Assembly: GCA_963790305.1 (NCBI GenBank)
Contig: CAWBOC010000009.1
Location: 768,001-832,000, forward strand
Length of the DNA stretch: 64,000 bases
Origin: an uncultured Gemmatimonadaceae bacterium
GTDB lineage: Bacteria; Gemmatimonadota; Gemmatimonadetes; Gemmatimonadales; Gemmatimonadaceae
Direction of reading: 5' to 3'
The notes below the pieces were generated by a model. It saw nothing but the letters and a program-made list of their open reading frames with translations. It made no database searches and had not been told where the DNA came from. Numbering within the stretch: the stretch's first letter is position 1; each line of letters opens with the position of its first letter. Of this stretch, positions 1-11,595 are shown piece after piece. Position numbers and translations under genes: made by a program.

Positions 1-2136
1 AGCTTCGCGCGGTGGGACGACATCGACATCCACTTCAGAGGCACGACGATTACGTCGGGCGGACATGGATTCGCCGGCATCGCGCGCCGGCGCCTGCTCG
101 AGATTCTTCAGCAGCGTGCACGGAGCCTTGGCGTCGACCTTCGATTTCGGCAGGAGATCCGGGGCCTCGCCGATCTGAAGCGACTCGGACTCGACGACGC
201 GGACGTCGTCGTCGCCGCCGACGGCATCAACAGCGTGATCCGGCAGGAGCTCGCCGCGCACTTCCGACCGAATCTCGATGTGCGAAAAGCGCCCTACATC
301 TGGCTCGGAACCACGCAGCGCTTCGACGCCTTCACCTTCATCTTCGTCATCAACGACGCGGGCGTCTTTCAGGTGCACGCCTATCGCTTCGAGGAAGCGC
401 AGTCGGCGTTCATCGTCGAATGCGACGAGCGTTCGTGGCGGAACGCCGGCTTCGATCGGATGGATGCGGCGGAGTCGCTCGCGGCATGCGAGGCGATGTT
501 CGGGCCGTGGCTGGGAGGGCATCGCCTCATGCACAACGCACCGCATCAGCGCGCCAAACCCTGGCTCACCTTCGTGCGGGTGAGCAACGGCTCGTGGTTT
601 CACGACAAGGTCGTGCTCATCGGGGACGCGGCCCACACCGCGCACTTCTCCATCGGCTCGGGGACCAAGCTCGCGCTCGAGGACGCCATCGTCCTGGCGC
701 GCGTGATCGACGAGCATGGCACCAAGGACCTGCCCGGCGCGCTGCAGCGCTACCAGGACGAGCGCATGACCGAGGCGCTCCGTCTCCAGAATGCGGCGCG
801 CAATTCGATGGAATGGTTCGAGAACGTGCGACGGTACGTGAATCTCGACCCGCCGCAGTTCGCGTATTCACTCCTCACGCGCAGCCAGCGCGTGAGCCAC
901 GAAAATCTCCGCATGCGCGACGGCACGTATCTGTCGGGCGTGGAACGATGGTTCGCGAGCCGGGCAGCGACTTCCCCGAACGCGCGCGAGTCCGCCAGCG
1001 ATGAGATGCCGCCGCCACCGATGTTCACTCCCTTTCGGCTACGCGGCACCACCCTGGAGAATCGAGTCGTCGTCGCGCCCATGGACATGTACTCGGCCGT
1101 CGACGGAACGCCGGGCGACTTCCATTTCGTCCACCTCGGCGCCCGCGCGCTCGGCGGCGCGGGACTGCTGGTGACGGAGATGACATGCGTTTCTGCCGAC
1201 GCACGCATCACACTCGGCTGCACGGGGATGTATTCCGACCAGCACGTTGGCGCGTGGCGGCGCATCACCGACTTCGTGCACCAGTGGAGCCGCGCCAGGA
1301 TCTGCCTGCAGCTCGGCCACGCGGGTCGAAAGGGGTCGGTCAAGCTCCCCTGGGAGGGCGGCGACGACACGCCTCTCACGGGGCAGGGCTGGCCCGTGCT
1401 CGCGCCTTCCGCCATCCCTTACACGTCGCACATGCCGATCCCGCGCGAGATGACGCGCGCCGACATGGACCGCGTGCGCGAGGCCTTCGTGCGCGCGGCG
1501 CGCATGGCCATTGAGGCGGACTTCGACATGCTGGAGCTGCACTGTGCCCACGGGTATTTGCTCTCGAGCTTCATCACGCCCCTCAGCAATCAGCGTAAGG
1601 ACGAGTACGGCGGCAGCCTCGAGAATCGCGTGCGCTTCCCGGTGGAGGTCTTCGCCGCGATGAGGGCGGTATGGCCCGCCGATCGACCGATGTCGGTGCG
1701 CATCTCGGCCACCGATTGGGTGAATGGCGGCGTGACGGGAGATGACGCGGTCGAGATCTCGCGGGCGTTCGGCCGCGCCGGCGCCGACATCATCCACGTG
1801 TCGACCGGCCAAACGTCGATCGATGCGAAACCCGTGTATGGACGCATGTATCAGACACCGTATAGCGACCAGGTGCGCAACGAGTGCGGGCTCCCCACCA
1901 TCGCGGTCGGGAACATCGTCGATGGCGATCAGGTGAACGCGATCATCGCGGCAGGCCGTGCCGACCTGTGTGCACTCGCGCGACCGCACCTCGCCAATCC
2001 CCACTGGACGCTGTTGGCCGCCGCGACCGCCGGGTACTCCGCCCAGCATTGGCCTGTGCAGTACCTCACCGGGAAGCGACAGCTCGAGCGCGCGATGCAA
2101 CGAGAGCTCGAGCTGCGCGGGACGGCGACGATATGA
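1..2136 (+). CDS. Bifunctional salicylyl-CoA 5-hydroxylase / 2-aminobenzoyl-CoA monooxygenase-reductase (FAD monooxygenase + OYE-like domain), 5'-truncated by window edge
   Basis: Frame is open from base 1 ([12 protein letters not shown]...AADGINS). Monooxygenase motif [24 protein letters not shown] is followed by a TIM-barrel NADH:flavin oxidoreductase ([32 protein letters not shown]). Confidence 0.9.
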   Translation, partial: SFARWDDIDIHFRGTTITSGGHGFAGIARRRLLEILQQRARSLGVDLRFRQEIRGLADLKRLGLDDADVVVAADGINSVIRQELAAHFRPNLDVRKAPYIWLGTTQRFDAFTFIFVINDAGVFQVHAYRFEEAQSAFIVECDERSWRNAGFDRMDAAESLAACEAMFGPWLGGHRLMHNAPHQRAKPWLTFVRVSNGSWFHDKVVLIGDAAHTAHFSIGSGTKLALEDAIVLARVIDEHGTKDLPGALQRYQDERMTEALRLQNAARNSMEWFENVRRYVNLDPPQFAYSLLTRSQRVSHENLRMRDGTYLSGVERWFASRAATSPNARESASDEMPPPPMFTPFRLRGTTLENRVVVAPMDMYSAVDGTPGDFHFVHLGARALGGAGLLVTEMTCVSADARITLGCTGMYSDQHVGAWRRITDFVHQWSRARICLQLGHAGRKGSVKLPWEGGDDTPLTGQGWPVLAPSAIPYTSHMPIPREMTRADMDRVREAFVRAARMAIEADFDMLELHCAHGYLLSSFITPLSNQRKDEYGGSLENRVRFPVEVFAAMRAVWPADRPMSVRISATDWVNGGVTGDDAVEISRAFGRAGADIIHVSTGQTSIDAKPVYGRMYQTPYSDQVRNECGLPTIAVGNIVDGDQVNAIIAAGRADLCALARPHLANPHWTLLAAATAGYSAQHWPVQYLTGKRQLERAMQRELELRGTATI

Positions 2137-2927
2137 CCGCGCACGCGGTCGGTGCGTTCCTCGCCGGAAAGCACGCCATCGTCACCGGCGGCGGCAAGGG
2201 AATTGGCGCCGCGATCGCGCGGGAGCTGGCGGGCCACGGAGCCTCGCTGACGCTTCTCGGGCGCGACACGACGGCCCTCGACCGTCAGGCGGCCGCGATC
2301 GGGAAGCTGGGCGCGCGCGTTCAGACGTTCGTCTGCGACGTCGCCGACGAGGCTCTCGTCGAGAGCGCCTTCCGCGAGGCCATCGGTGCGCTCGGCGTGC
2401 CGTACATTCTCGTGAACAACGCCGGGGATGCTTCCGCAGCACTCTTCCACGAGCTCGACCGCGCCAGCTGGGATCACACGATCGCGGTGAATCTCACCGG
2501 AACCTTCCTCTGCACGAGACAAGTCATCGGCCCCATGCTCCAGGCGGCGGAAGGGCGGATCGTCAACATCGCGTCCACGGCGGCGCTCAAAGGCTACAAG
2601 CGCATGGCCGCATACGCCGCGGCCAAACACGGCATACTCGGCCTAACGAGATGTGTTGCGTTGGAGACCGCGAAGAGCGGGATCACCGTCAACGCGGTGT
2701 GTCCCGGATATACGGCGGAGACGGGATTGCTCGACCGGGCCGTGAGCAATCTCACCAGCGCGGGAAAGAGCGAGCAGGAGGCGCGAGACATGTTGAACCG
2801 GGGGAGCGCGCGCGGATCGCTCGTCCGTCCGGAGGAGGTTGCCAGCGCCGTCGCCTGGCTGTGCTCGCCGGGGGCGAGCGCCGTCACCGGGCAGGCGATC
2901 GTCGTCGCGGGCGGGGAGGTCATGTGA
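2133..2927 (+). CDS. SDR family oxidoreductase
   Basis: [12 protein letters not shown] and YAAAK motifs; ATG 2133 overlaps the upstream stop (ATGA). Confidence 0.9.
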   Translation: MTAHAVGAFLAGKHAIVTGGGKGIGAAIARELAGHGASLTLLGRDTTALDRQAAAIGKLGARVQTFVCDVADEALVESAFREAIGALGVPYILVNNAGDASAALFHELDRASWDHTIAVNLTGTFLCTRQVIGPMLQAAEGRIVNIASTAALKGYKRMAAYAAAKHGILGLTRCVALETAKSGITVNAVCPGYTAETGLLDRAVSNLTSAGKSEQEARDMLNRGSARGSLVRPEEVASAVAWLCSPGASAVTGQAIVVAGGEVM

Positions 2928-2972
2928 GCCCGCCCGCTTCCCGCCCTTGACCGTTCGCCCTAAGTTGGCCGA

Positions 2973-3806
2973 ATGACCACGCGCATTCGCGGCGCAGACC
3001 TCAAGCCGCGCCACTTCCAGTGGCACGTCGACGACCGCGTCGCCACGATCACGCTGAACCGTCCCGAGCGAAAGAATCCGCTCACCTTCGAAGCGTACGC
3101 GGAGCTGCGCGATACGTTCCGGCAGCTCGCCTTCGCCAGCGACATCAAGGTAGTCGTGCTCACCGGCGCCGACGGGAACTTCTCGTCAGGCGGCGACGTG
3201 CACGAGATCATCGGGCCGCTCGTCAAGCTGAAACGCGAGGGGAAGATGGACGAGCTCCTCGCCTTCACGAGAATGACGGGGGACGTCGTGAGAGCGATGC
3301 GCGCGTGCCCGCAGCCGATCATTGCCGCCGTCGATGGCGTCTGCGCCGGGGCCGGAGCCATCCTGGCCATGGCGAGCGACCTCCGGATCGGGACGTCGCG
3401 GACGCGCGTCGCGTTTCTGTTCACGCGCGTGGGCCTCTCGGGGGCGGACATGGGCGCCTGCGCGATGCTTCCGCGGATCATCGGCCAGGGACGGGCCGCC
3501 GAGCTGTTGTATACCGGGCGGTTCATGTCGAGCGATGAGGCGGAGCGGTGGGGGTTCTTCAACAAGGTGACGAACCCGGAAGCGCTCGCCGACGAGGTGC
3601 GATCGCAGTCGCGCTCGCTCGCCTCCGGTCCGACGTTCGCTCACGCGATGACGAAACGGGCCTTGCACCAGGAATGGGGAATGGCGCTCGACGAGGCGAT
3701 CGAGAGCGAGGCGCAGGTGCAGGCGATGTGCATGGCGACGGAGGATTTCGCGCGCGCGTTCGAGGCGTTCACTCGCAAACAGTCGCCAGTCTTCGAAGGC
3801 AATTGA
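2973..3806 (+). CDS. Enoyl-CoA hydratase/isomerase family protein
   Basis: [34 protein letters not shown] crotonase motifs. Confidence 0.9.
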   Translation: MTTRIRGADLKPRHFQWHVDDRVATITLNRPERKNPLTFEAYAELRDTFRQLAFASDIKVVVLTGADGNFSSGGDVHEIIGPLVKLKREGKMDELLAFTRMTGDVVRAMRACPQPIIAAVDGVCAGAGAILAMASDLRIGTSRTRVAFLFTRVGLSGADMGACAMLPRIIGQGRAAELLYTGRFMSSDEAERWGFFNKVTNPEALADEVRSQSRSLASGPTFAHAMTKRALHQEWGMALDEAIESEAQVQAMCMATEDFARAFEAFTRKQSPVFEGN

Positions 3807-4987
3807 GGCAACCGGCAACGCCCGACCACCTCGAGTGGCCCTTCTTCGATGCCCCACATCGCGAGCTTGCCCGCGACATCCGCGAGTGGTCCCGAGCCGA
3901 GCTGTGGACTGAATCGGAGCCTGACGATGTCGATGCCGCCTGTCGAGCGCTCGTCAGGCGGCTCGGTGAGGCGGGATGGCTGCGGCATGTCGTGCCCGCG
4001 GCGTACGGGGGTGTGAGCGACACGCTCGACGGACGCTCGCTCTGCTTGATCCGCGAATCGCTGGCGACCGCCTCTGGCCTCGCCGACTTCTCGTTCGCGA
4101 TGCAGGGACTGGGAACGGGACCGATCACGTTGTTCGGCTCGGATGCGCTGAAGCGGCGGTACTTGCCGGACGTCGCGGCCGGACGGCACATCGCGGCGTT
4201 CGCGATCTCGGAGAGCGGGGCGGGCTCCGACGTCGGCGCCATGGAGACCGTCGCGCGGCGCGACAGCGAGGGGTTCGTGCTCGACGGCGAGAAAACGTGG
4301 ATCTCCAACGCCGGGATCGCCGATCATTACGTCGTCTTCGCGAAGCTGGACGAGGGAAAGTCCAAACGTGACGGAGAACGGCGATACATCGCGCTCGTCG
4401 TCGATGCCGACGACGACGGCATCAGCGTGACGGAGCGCATCGACGTCTCCGCGCCGCACCCGCTGGGGACGGTTCGATTCGAACGCTGCCGCGTGGCGGC
4501 GGATCGCGTCGTGGGCGAGCCAGGCGCAGGACTACGCGTCGCCCTCGCGACACTCGACCTGTTTCGGCCGACCGTCGGCGCAGCAGCGCTGGGGCTCGCG
4601 CGACGAGCAATGGAAGAGGCCTCTACCTGGGTCGCAGCGCGCGAGGTGTTCGGGAAAGCGCTGGCCGAGCATCAGATGACGCAGGCGCGTCTCGCCGAGA
4701 TGGCCGTGCGCATTGATGCCAGCGCGTTGCTCGTGTACCGTGCCGCCTGGACGCGCGACGCGACGGGACGGCGAACGACGCGTGAGGCGGCAATGGCGAA
4801 GCTTCACGCCACCGAAGGCGCGCAACGGGTGATCGACGATGCCATCCAGCTCCTCGGCGCTCGCGGAGTGCAAAAGGGCGCGGTCGTCGAGCGCCTCTAC
4901 CGGGAGATTCGTGCCCTCAGGATTTACGAAGGGACGAGCGAGATCCAGAAGATCGTGATCGCCGGTACGCTGACGGAGCGCGCGTGA
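3803..4987 (+). CDS. Acyl-CoA dehydrogenase
   Basis: [32 protein letters not shown]; probable TTG start overlapping the upstream stop. Confidence 0.9.
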   Translation: MRQPATPDHLEWPFFDAPHRELARDIREWSRAELWTESEPDDVDAACRALVRRLGEAGWLRHVVPAAYGGVSDTLDGRSLCLIRESLATASGLADFSFAMQGLGTGPITLFGSDALKRRYLPDVAAGRHIAAFAISESGAGSDVGAMETVARRDSEGFVLDGEKTWISNAGIADHYVVFAKLDEGKSKRDGERRYIALVVDADDDGISVTERIDVSAPHPLGTVRFERCRVAADRVVGEPGAGLRVALATLDLFRPTVGAAALGLARRAMEEASTWVAAREVFGKALAEHQMTQARLAEMAVRIDASALLVYRAAWTRDATGRRTTREAAMAKLHATEGAQRVIDDAIQLLGARGVQKGAVVERLYREIRALRIYEGTSEIQKIVIAGTLTERA

Positions 4988-6603
4988 CCGCTCACGTCGA
5001 TCAGTTCGCGCGCCGCATGCTGCCTCCACGAGAGCTCTGGCCGGAGATCTCGATGGGCGAGCTGCGCTACCCGGACGTGATGAACTGCGCGGCGGAGCTG
5101 CTCGACACGATGGTCGGACAGGGCAACGGAGACCGTATCGCGCTGCGATTTCCGGGCGGCACGTGGACGTATCGCGAGCTGCTCGAGCACTCCAATCGGA
5201 TCGCGCATGTTCTCACGAGGGACCTGGGACTGGTACCGGGGAATCGCGTGCTGCTGCGCGGTCCGAACAATCCAATGATGGCGGCGTGCTGGTTCGCGGT
5301 GCTCAAGGCAGGTGGCGTCGTCGTGTGTACGATGCCGCTCCTTCGCGCGCGGGAGCTGGCGTATCTCATCGAGAAGGCGCAGGTCACGCTCGCGCTGTGC
5401 GATGCCCGCGTCCGACAGGAGCTGGAGCAGGCGGCGTCGAGCACGCCGACGCTGAAGCGGATCGTCGAGTTCGGGACCGATGCCCCCGGCTCGCTCGATG
5501 CGTTGACGCGCTCGAGGCCGGCGATCTTCACCAACATCGCCACGGCGGCCGATGACGTCGCCCTCATCGCGTTCACATCGGGAACGACGGGTCAGGCGAA
5601 GGGGACGATGCATTTTCATCGCGACGTTCTCGCGATCTGCGATCTGTTCCCACGTCACGTTCTTCGCCCGTCGCGCGACGATGTCTTCTGCGGCTCCCCT
5701 CCCCTGGCCTTTACCTTCGGCCTCGGGGGGCTGCTGCTTTTTCCGATGCGCGTGGGAGCATCGACGGTGCTGCTCGAGCAGGCAGCGCCGCCGCAGCTAC
5801 TGCAAGGAATCCAGGACTTTCGCGCCACCGTATGCTTCACCGCCCCGACCGCCTATCGAGCGATGGCGGCCGCCAGCGCTGGCTTCGATCTCTCCTCGCT
5901 CCGCAAATGCGTGTCGGCGGGAGAGCATCTTCCTGCGGCGACCTTCGAACAGTGGCGCGCCGCGACCGGCCTCAAGATCATCGATGGCATTGGCTCGACC
6001 GAGATGCTTCACATCTTCATCAGCGCGTCGGGTGAGGACATTCGCGCTGGATCGACGGGCCGCGCGGTGCCGGGGTATCGCGCTCGCGTGATCGACGGTC
6101 ACGGCGATGAGGTTCCCCCCGGGACGATCGGGCATCTCGCCGTGCAGGGGCCCACTGGGTGCCGCTATCTCGACGACACCGAACGCCAGCGCACCTACGT
6201 CAAGAATGGATGGAATTTGCCCGGCGATTCCTACCGCATGGATGAGGATGGCTATTTCTGGTATCAGGCCCGCACCGACGATCTCATCGTCTCGTCCGGC
6301 TACAAGATCTCCGGCCCCGAGGTCGAGAACGCGCTGCTCGATCATCCGTCGGTCGCCGAATGTGGCGTCGTCGGCGTGCCCGATGAGGAGCGCGGCTGCA
6401 TCGTGAAGGCGTTCGTCGTATTGAGGCCCGGCGTCACCGCCACGGAGGCCACCACCAAGGAGCTTCAGGAGTTCGTGAAATCGCAGATCGCGCCATACAA
6501 GTATCCCCGGTCGATCGAATTCGTCTCGGCGCTGCCACGTACCGAGACGGGCAAGCTTCAGCGCTTTCGCCTGCGCGACGCACGCGCGGGCAACGCGAAG
6601 TGA
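4984..6603 (+). CDS. 2-aminobenzoate/benzoate-CoA ligase family (AMP-binding)
   Basis: FTSGTTGQAKG, DGIGSTE, LPRTETGKLQR; context within the aromatic-CoA operon. Confidence 0.88.
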   Translation: MTAHVDQFARRMLPPRELWPEISMGELRYPDVMNCAAELLDTMVGQGNGDRIALRFPGGTWTYRELLEHSNRIAHVLTRDLGLVPGNRVLLRGPNNPMMAACWFAVLKAGGVVVCTMPLLRARELAYLIEKAQVTLALCDARVRQELEQAASSTPTLKRIVEFGTDAPGSLDALTRSRPAIFTNIATAADDVALIAFTSGTTGQAKGTMHFHRDVLAICDLFPRHVLRPSRDDVFCGSPPLAFTFGLGGLLLFPMRVGASTVLLEQAAPPQLLQGIQDFRATVCFTAPTAYRAMAAASAGFDLSSLRKCVSAGEHLPAATFEQWRAATGLKIIDGIGSTEMLHIFISASGEDIRAGSTGRAVPGYRARVIDGHGDEVPPGTIGHLAVQGPTGCRYLDDTERQRTYVKNGWNLPGDSYRMDEDGYFWYQARTDDLIVSSGYKISGPEVENALLDHPSVAECGVVGVPDEERGCIVKAFVVLRPGVTATEATTKELQEFVKSQIAPYKYPRSIEFVSALPRTETGKLQRFRLRDARAGNAK

Positions 6604-6995
6604 AGATCGTCCAGCCCGCGGGATGGCCGCGGCCTGCCGGCTACGCGAACGCCGTGAGCGCGAGCGGCCGCGTCGTGTCGGTGTCTGGGCAGATCGGATG
6701 GAACCCGGTCAGCGAGACGTTCGAGACCGACGAGATGGCGGCGCAGGTCCGACAGGCGCTCGACAATCTCGTGGTGGTGTTGCGCGCCGCGGGCGCGGAG
6801 GCGCGCCACGTCGTGCGTCTCACCTGGTACGTGACTGACCGCGCCGAGTACGTCGCTGCGCGCCGCGAGATCGGCGAGGCGTATCGCGCGCTGTTTTCCG
6901 ACCACTATCCCGCGATGTCCGTCGTCATCGTCGCCGGCCTGCTCGATCGCCGCGCCAAGGTGGAGATCGAGGCGACGGCCATGGTTCCACCGTAG
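6600..6995 (+). CDS. RidA/YjgF family protein
   Basis: VSGQIG...YPAMS...KVEIEA motifs. Confidence 0.88.
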   Translation: MKIVQPAGWPRPAGYANAVSASGRVVSVSGQIGWNPVSETFETDEMAAQVRQALDNLVVVLRAAGAEARHVVRLTWYVTDRAEYVAARREIGEAYRALFSDHYPAMSVVIVAGLLDRRAKVEIEATAMVPP

Positions 6996-7033
6996 CGACC
7001 AGAGTGATGACGTACGCGCGATTCCTCAGGGCG

Positions 7034-7119
7034 GATCGAGGATGTCGAAGGTGTCGAGGTGATCGAGGAGAGGCAACGAGGTGTCCTCGATTACCTCGAC
7101 GACCTCGACACCCTTGACC
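7034..7119. repeat. Inverted tandem-repeat element, 9-mer family 1 (GTCGAGGNN)
   Basis: gatcgagga-tgtcgaagg-tgtcgaggt-gatcgagga, 14-nt spacer, then tcctcgatt-acctcgacg-acctcgaca-cccttgacc. Confidence 0.85.
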
Positions 7120-7168
7120 ACTTAGGCCCGTTGCGTTGCCCTAGCGCGGGTCGCCAGTTTTCCCGCAC

Positions 7169-8356
7169 ATGTTGAAATCGACACCATTCCACCCGCGCAC
7201 CGCCGCGCTGATGGAAGCACAGCAGTGGCGGCGCTGGTCGGGGTTTCTCGTGGCGAGCGCCTACGAGATGTCGCACGAGCGCGAATACCACGCGATTCGC
7301 AACTCGGCGGCGCTCTTCGACGTGTCTCCACTCTACAAGTACCATGTGCGAGGCCGCGACGCGACGCGCCTGCTCGACCGCGTCGTGACGCGCAACGTCG
7401 CCAAGTGTCAGCCCTGCCAGGTGATGTACACCCCATGGTGCGACCCGCGCGGAAAGGTGATCGACGATGGAACGCTGCATCGCTTCGGGGAGGACAATTA
7501 TCGCCTGACCTCGGCCGACCCCAACATGCGCTGGCTCCACCAGAACGCGCGGGGCATGCAGGTGGAGATCGAGGATGCATCGGAGCGCGTGGCTTCCCTC
7601 TCGCTCCAGGGCCCGCTGTCACGGACCATTCTCGAGCATGCGATCGGGCGCGACCTGGGATCACTGAAATACTTCCGCCTCACCAACGCCACGGTCGCGG
7701 AGGTGCCGGTCGTGATCTCACGAACCGGCTACACCGGCGATCTCGGCTACGAAGTGTGGATGGATGCCGGTGACGCTCTTCCGGTGTGGGACGCGCTGAT
7801 GGCGCACGGAAAGCCATACGGGATCACTCCGGCGGGGATGCTCGCCCTCGACATCGCGCGCATCGAAGCGGGGCTCATTCTTCTCGACGTCGACTACGTG
7901 TCCGCTCGTAAGGCGCTCATCCCGGGTCAGCTCTCGTCCCCCTTCGAGCTCGCGCTGGCGTGGACCGTCTCGCTCGACAAGCAGCCATTCAACGGCAAGC
8001 AGGCGCTCGCGCAGGAGAAGGCCGAGGGCCCTTCCTGGTCGCTCATGGGTCTCGAGATCGACTGGCTCACCCTCGAGCCGCTGTACGAGAACATGGGACT
8101 CGCCCCGAGGGTGGCCGCGGCCGCCTCACGGGTGAGCGTGCCGGTGTACGACGGCTCGAAGCAGGTGGGCTACGCCACGAGTAGTACCTGGTCGCCGCTC
8201 CTCAAGCGCTACATCGCGCTCGCGCATCTGGAGGCATCAGCTGCGCGACCGGGCAAGACGCTCGAGTTCGAGATCACCGTCGAGCACCGGCGCAAGCGCG
8301 CCGAGGCGCGCGTTCGCAAGCTTCCGTTCTACGACCCCACCCGGAAGCGCGCGTGA
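7169..8356 (+). CDS. Aminomethyltransferase (GcvT-like) family protein
   Basis: ALFDVSPL, GKVIDDG, LSLQGP, SRTGYTGDLGYE, ARIEAG. Confidence 0.88.
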   Translation: MLKSTPFHPRTAALMEAQQWRRWSGFLVASAYEMSHEREYHAIRNSAALFDVSPLYKYHVRGRDATRLLDRVVTRNVAKCQPCQVMYTPWCDPRGKVIDDGTLHRFGEDNYRLTSADPNMRWLHQNARGMQVEIEDASERVASLSLQGPLSRTILEHAIGRDLGSLKYFRLTNATVAEVPVVISRTGYTGDLGYEVWMDAGDALPVWDALMAHGKPYGITPAGMLALDIARIEAGLILLDVDYVSARKALIPGQLSSPFELALAWTVSLDKQPFNGKQALAQEKAEGPSWSLMGLEIDWLTLEPLYENMGLAPRVAAAASRVSVPVYDGSKQVGYATSSTWSPLLKRYIALAHLEASAARPGKTLEFEITVEHRRKRAEARVRKLPFYDPTRKRA

Positions 8357-9972
8357 AGAACGGGAAGGTGGACGCCATCATCATCGGCGCTGGGCATAAC
8401 GGGCTCATCTGCGCCGCGTACCTCGCGCGCGCCGGCAAGAAGGTGCTCGTGCTCGAGCGTCGGCACATCGTCGGCGGTGCGGCGGTCACGGAGGAGATCG
8501 TTCCGGGATTCAAGTTCTCCGAGTTCTCGTACGTCGTGAGCCTCTTGCGGCCGGAGATCATTCGCGAGCTCGACCTTCCAGGGCATGGCCTCCAGATCCT
8601 GCCCCTCGAGAGCACGGTCACGCCGATGCTCGACGGGAACTATCTCGCCGCGTGGGCGGATCACGACGAGACCCGTCGCGAGCTGTATCGACATTCACCC
8701 CGCGACGCCGACGCGTACGACGAGTTCGGCATCCTGATGCACCACATGGCGCACGCGGTGAAGCCGATCATCGGCATGATGCCACCCGATCCCGCATCGC
8801 TGTCCCCGAAGGAGCTGCTGTCTCTCGGCAAGCTGGGCGGACACATGCGATCGCTCGGGGCGCGGAAGTTCTACGCGCTGCACAAGCTCATGACGATGAG
8901 CTCGGCGGACTATCTCGACGAATGGTTCGAGACCGACGTGCTCAAGGCGACGAAGTCCGCGAGCGGGATCATCGGGACGTTCATGGGACCGCGCTCGCCC
9001 GGCTCGGCGTACGTGCTGCTGCATCATTACATGGGCGAGATCGACGGCGCCTTTCGCGCGTGGGGATTTCAGAAGGGCGGCACCGGCGGAGTGAGCGATG
9101 CGATCGCCGGGGCCGCGAAACAGCTGGGCGCAGAGATCAAGCTCGAGGCGCCGGTCGGCCGCGTGATCGTGAAGAATGGGCGCACGACGGGCGTCGCGCT
9201 CGAGAACGGCGACGAGTATCACGCCGACATCGTCGTGTCGGGGCTCGATCCCAAGCGGACCTTCCTCAAGCTCGTCGAGGAGCGCGAGCTGCCCGAGGAC
9301 TTCGTCGCCAGCATTCGCCGGTTCAAGACGCGTGGCTCGTCAGGCAAGGTGAATCTGGCGTTGTCGGAGCTGCCGCGCCTCACCTGCATGGAACCGGAGA
9401 ACATTGGCCGCTGGGGTGGGGTGCCCATTCCCGCCGAGCGGTATCTTCGCGGGGCGATCTCGATCAGCCCCACGATGGACTACGTCGAGCGCGCCTACGA
9501 CGACGCCAAGCACGGCTCCTTCTCGAAGCGTCCGTACATGGACGTCGTCATCCCGTCGATGATCGATCCCGGAATGGCGCCGCCAGGCCAGCACGTGATG
9601 TCGATCTTCTGTCAGTACGCGCCGTACGCGATCGACGGTGGGTGGGATGACGCGAAGCGCGAGGCGTTCGGAGACGCGGTCATCGACGCGCTCGCCGTGC
9701 ACGCGCCGAACATCAAGAACGCGATCATCGCGCGTCAGGTGCTGACGCCGGCTGATATCGAGCGCATCACCGGACTTACCGAAGGCAACATCTTCCAGGG
9801 CGAGCTCGCACTGGATCAGCTCTTTTTCCTGCGTCCGGCGCCGGGGTACGCGAAGTACCGTACGCCGGTCGATGGGTTCTATCAGTGCGGGTCAGGCACG
9901 CACCCCGGCGGCGGCATCATGGGCGCGTCCGGTCGCCTCGCGGCCCTGGCGATTCTCGGCGAGCGCTCATGA
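8353..9972 (+). CDS. Phytoene dehydrogenase-like NAD(P)/FAD-dependent oxidoreductase (COG1233/PYROXD2-like)
   Basis: IIGAGHNGLICAAYLA Rossmann motif; C-terminal CGSGTHPGGGIMGASG. Confidence 0.85.
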   Translation: MKNGKVDAIIIGAGHNGLICAAYLARAGKKVLVLERRHIVGGAAVTEEIVPGFKFSEFSYVVSLLRPEIIRELDLPGHGLQILPLESTVTPMLDGNYLAAWADHDETRRELYRHSPRDADAYDEFGILMHHMAHAVKPIIGMMPPDPASLSPKELLSLGKLGGHMRSLGARKFYALHKLMTMSSADYLDEWFETDVLKATKSASGIIGTFMGPRSPGSAYVLLHHYMGEIDGAFRAWGFQKGGTGGVSDAIAGAAKQLGAEIKLEAPVGRVIVKNGRTTGVALENGDEYHADIVVSGLDPKRTFLKLVEERELPEDFVASIRRFKTRGSSGKVNLALSELPRLTCMEPENIGRWGGVPIPAERYLRGAISISPTMDYVERAYDDAKHGSFSKRPYMDVVIPSMIDPGMAPPGQHVMSIFCQYAPYAIDGGWDDAKREAFGDAVIDALAVHAPNIKNAIIARQVLTPADIERITGLTEGNIFQGELALDQLFFLRPAPGYAKYRTPVDGFYQCGSGTHPGGGIMGASGRLAALAILGERS

Positions 9973-11567
9973 CCTACGACGTGATCGTCATCGGAGGCGG
10001 CGTCGCCGGCCTCACGAGCGCCGCGCTCCTCGCGAAAGCGGGTCGTCGCGTGCTCGTGCTCGAGCGGCGGGACGTGCTGGGAGGGCTGCATTCCACCGAT
10101 GAGATCGTGCCCGGCGTGCGCGGTGACGCGGTGGAGCACGATGTTGGCTGGATCCCATCTTCGGTCATGAAGACGCTCGAGCTCGACGAGCGCGCGCTCT
10201 CGCTGGTGCGTCCCGATCCGTCGGCCGTCTCGCTGCTTCCTGGCGGCGAGACCCTGACGGTGTGGACCGACCCCGCGCGCACGTCGAGCGAGCTGCAGCG
10301 GCGTTCACCTGCCGATGCGCGCGCATGGCGCGCCTTTGGCGAGCGCGTGAGCCGGCTCGCGGGATTTCTCGAGGCCATCTATGACGGTCCGGCACCGGAG
10401 CCCCTCGCGTCCGGAGCGACGGAGCTGCTCTCGATGCTCGGACTCGGCCGCAAGGCACGCTCGTTAGGGCGCGACGGGATCATCGACCTGCTTCGCACGC
10501 TGCCGATGAGCGTCGCGGACGTGCTCGATGAGACGTTCGAAAATGCCGCGCTGAAGGGGCTGATCGCGACATCCGGGGTCTCGCGTCTCGTTCAGGGGCC
10601 GAAGTCGGGCGCGACCGCGTTTCTGCTGGTGCACAACCACGTTGGCACGCCACCGGGCGCCATTTGCTCGCGGCTGATCGCCCGCGGCGGGCTCGGCGCG
10701 CTCGCCAAGGCGCTGGCCGACTCCGCGCGTGCGGCGGGGGCCGAGATTCGAACTGATGCGGCCGTCGCACGTATCGCGGCAACCGAGGACGGGGTCAGCG
10801 GCGTGATTCTCGAGGGTGGCGAAGAGATCGCCGCGACCACGATTCTGTCGACGCTCGATCCGCGCCGCACGTTGTACGATCTGATCGACCCGATCTACAT
10901 CGATCCGGAGCTTTCACAGGCGATCGGGACGGCGAGGTATCGCGGCGCGTGCGCGAAGGTGAACCTCGTGCTGGATGGATTGCCGCCCCTTTCCGAAGAG
11001 CTCCTGCGCGGTGCGCTGGTGGTCGCGCCGAGCATGTCGTACCTCGAGCGCGCCTACGATGCAGCGAAGTACGGGGGGATTTCCGAGCGGCCATATCTCG
11101 AGGCGCGCATCCCCACCTTGCACGACCCGTCACTCGCACCGGCGGGACGGCACGTGATGTCGGTGCTCGTGCAGTGGGTGCCGTATCGCCTGCGTGGCGC
11201 GGCCTGGGACAGCGCGCGGCGCGACGCGGTCGGGACTCTGGTCATCGACACGCTGGCGGACGTGCTCCCGGGCTTCGCGAAGCGCGTCGTCGCGAAGCAG
11301 GTGCTGACGCCGAAGGACATCGAGGACAAATACGGCGCGACCGAGGGCAGCTTGACCCACGGGGAGCTGACGCTCGACCAGATTCTGTTCATGCGTCCGG
11401 TGCCCGGTCTGTCGAGGCATGCGACACCGATTTCCGGGCTGTATCTTGGCGGACCGGGCACCCACCCCGGCAGCTCGATCGCATCGGCGGCACGCGCCGC
11501 AGCGGCGATCGGCGGGTCCAAGCGAGGGGCGCGCTCGCGGGCGCGCGCGAAAGCAGCAGCACGGTGA
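9969..11567 (+). CDS. Second, more divergent phytoene dehydrogenase-like oxidoreductase
   Basis: VIGGGVAGLTSAALLA; colinear with the upstream paralogue (KVNL, YLERAYDAAKYG, GELTLDQILFMRP); ATGA overlap. Confidence 0.82.
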   Translation: MTYDVIVIGGGVAGLTSAALLAKAGRRVLVLERRDVLGGLHSTDEIVPGVRGDAVEHDVGWIPSSVMKTLELDERALSLVRPDPSAVSLLPGGETLTVWTDPARTSSELQRRSPADARAWRAFGERVSRLAGFLEAIYDGPAPEPLASGATELLSMLGLGRKARSLGRDGIIDLLRTLPMSVADVLDETFENAALKGLIATSGVSRLVQGPKSGATAFLLVHNHVGTPPGAICSRLIARGGLGALAKALADSARAAGAEIRTDAAVARIAATEDGVSGVILEGGEEIAATTILSTLDPRRTLYDLIDPIYIDPELSQAIGTARYRGACAKVNLVLDGLPPLSEELLRGALVVAPSMSYLERAYDAAKYGGISERPYLEARIPTLHDPSLAPAGRHVMSVLVQWVPYRLRGAAWDSARRDAVGTLVIDTLADVLPGFAKRVVAKQVLTPKDIEDKYGATEGSLTHGELTLDQILFMRPVPGLSRHATPISGLYLGGPGTHPGSSIASAARAAAAIGGSKRGARSRARAKAAAR

Positions 11568-11595
11568 CACGATGACAATGATCCTGGTGTAATCG

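Noticed and set aside
8353..11567. Carotenoid biosynthesis (crtI-like pair)
   Set aside because: No crtB/crtE/crtY nearby; the context is GcvT-like and Rieske genes.
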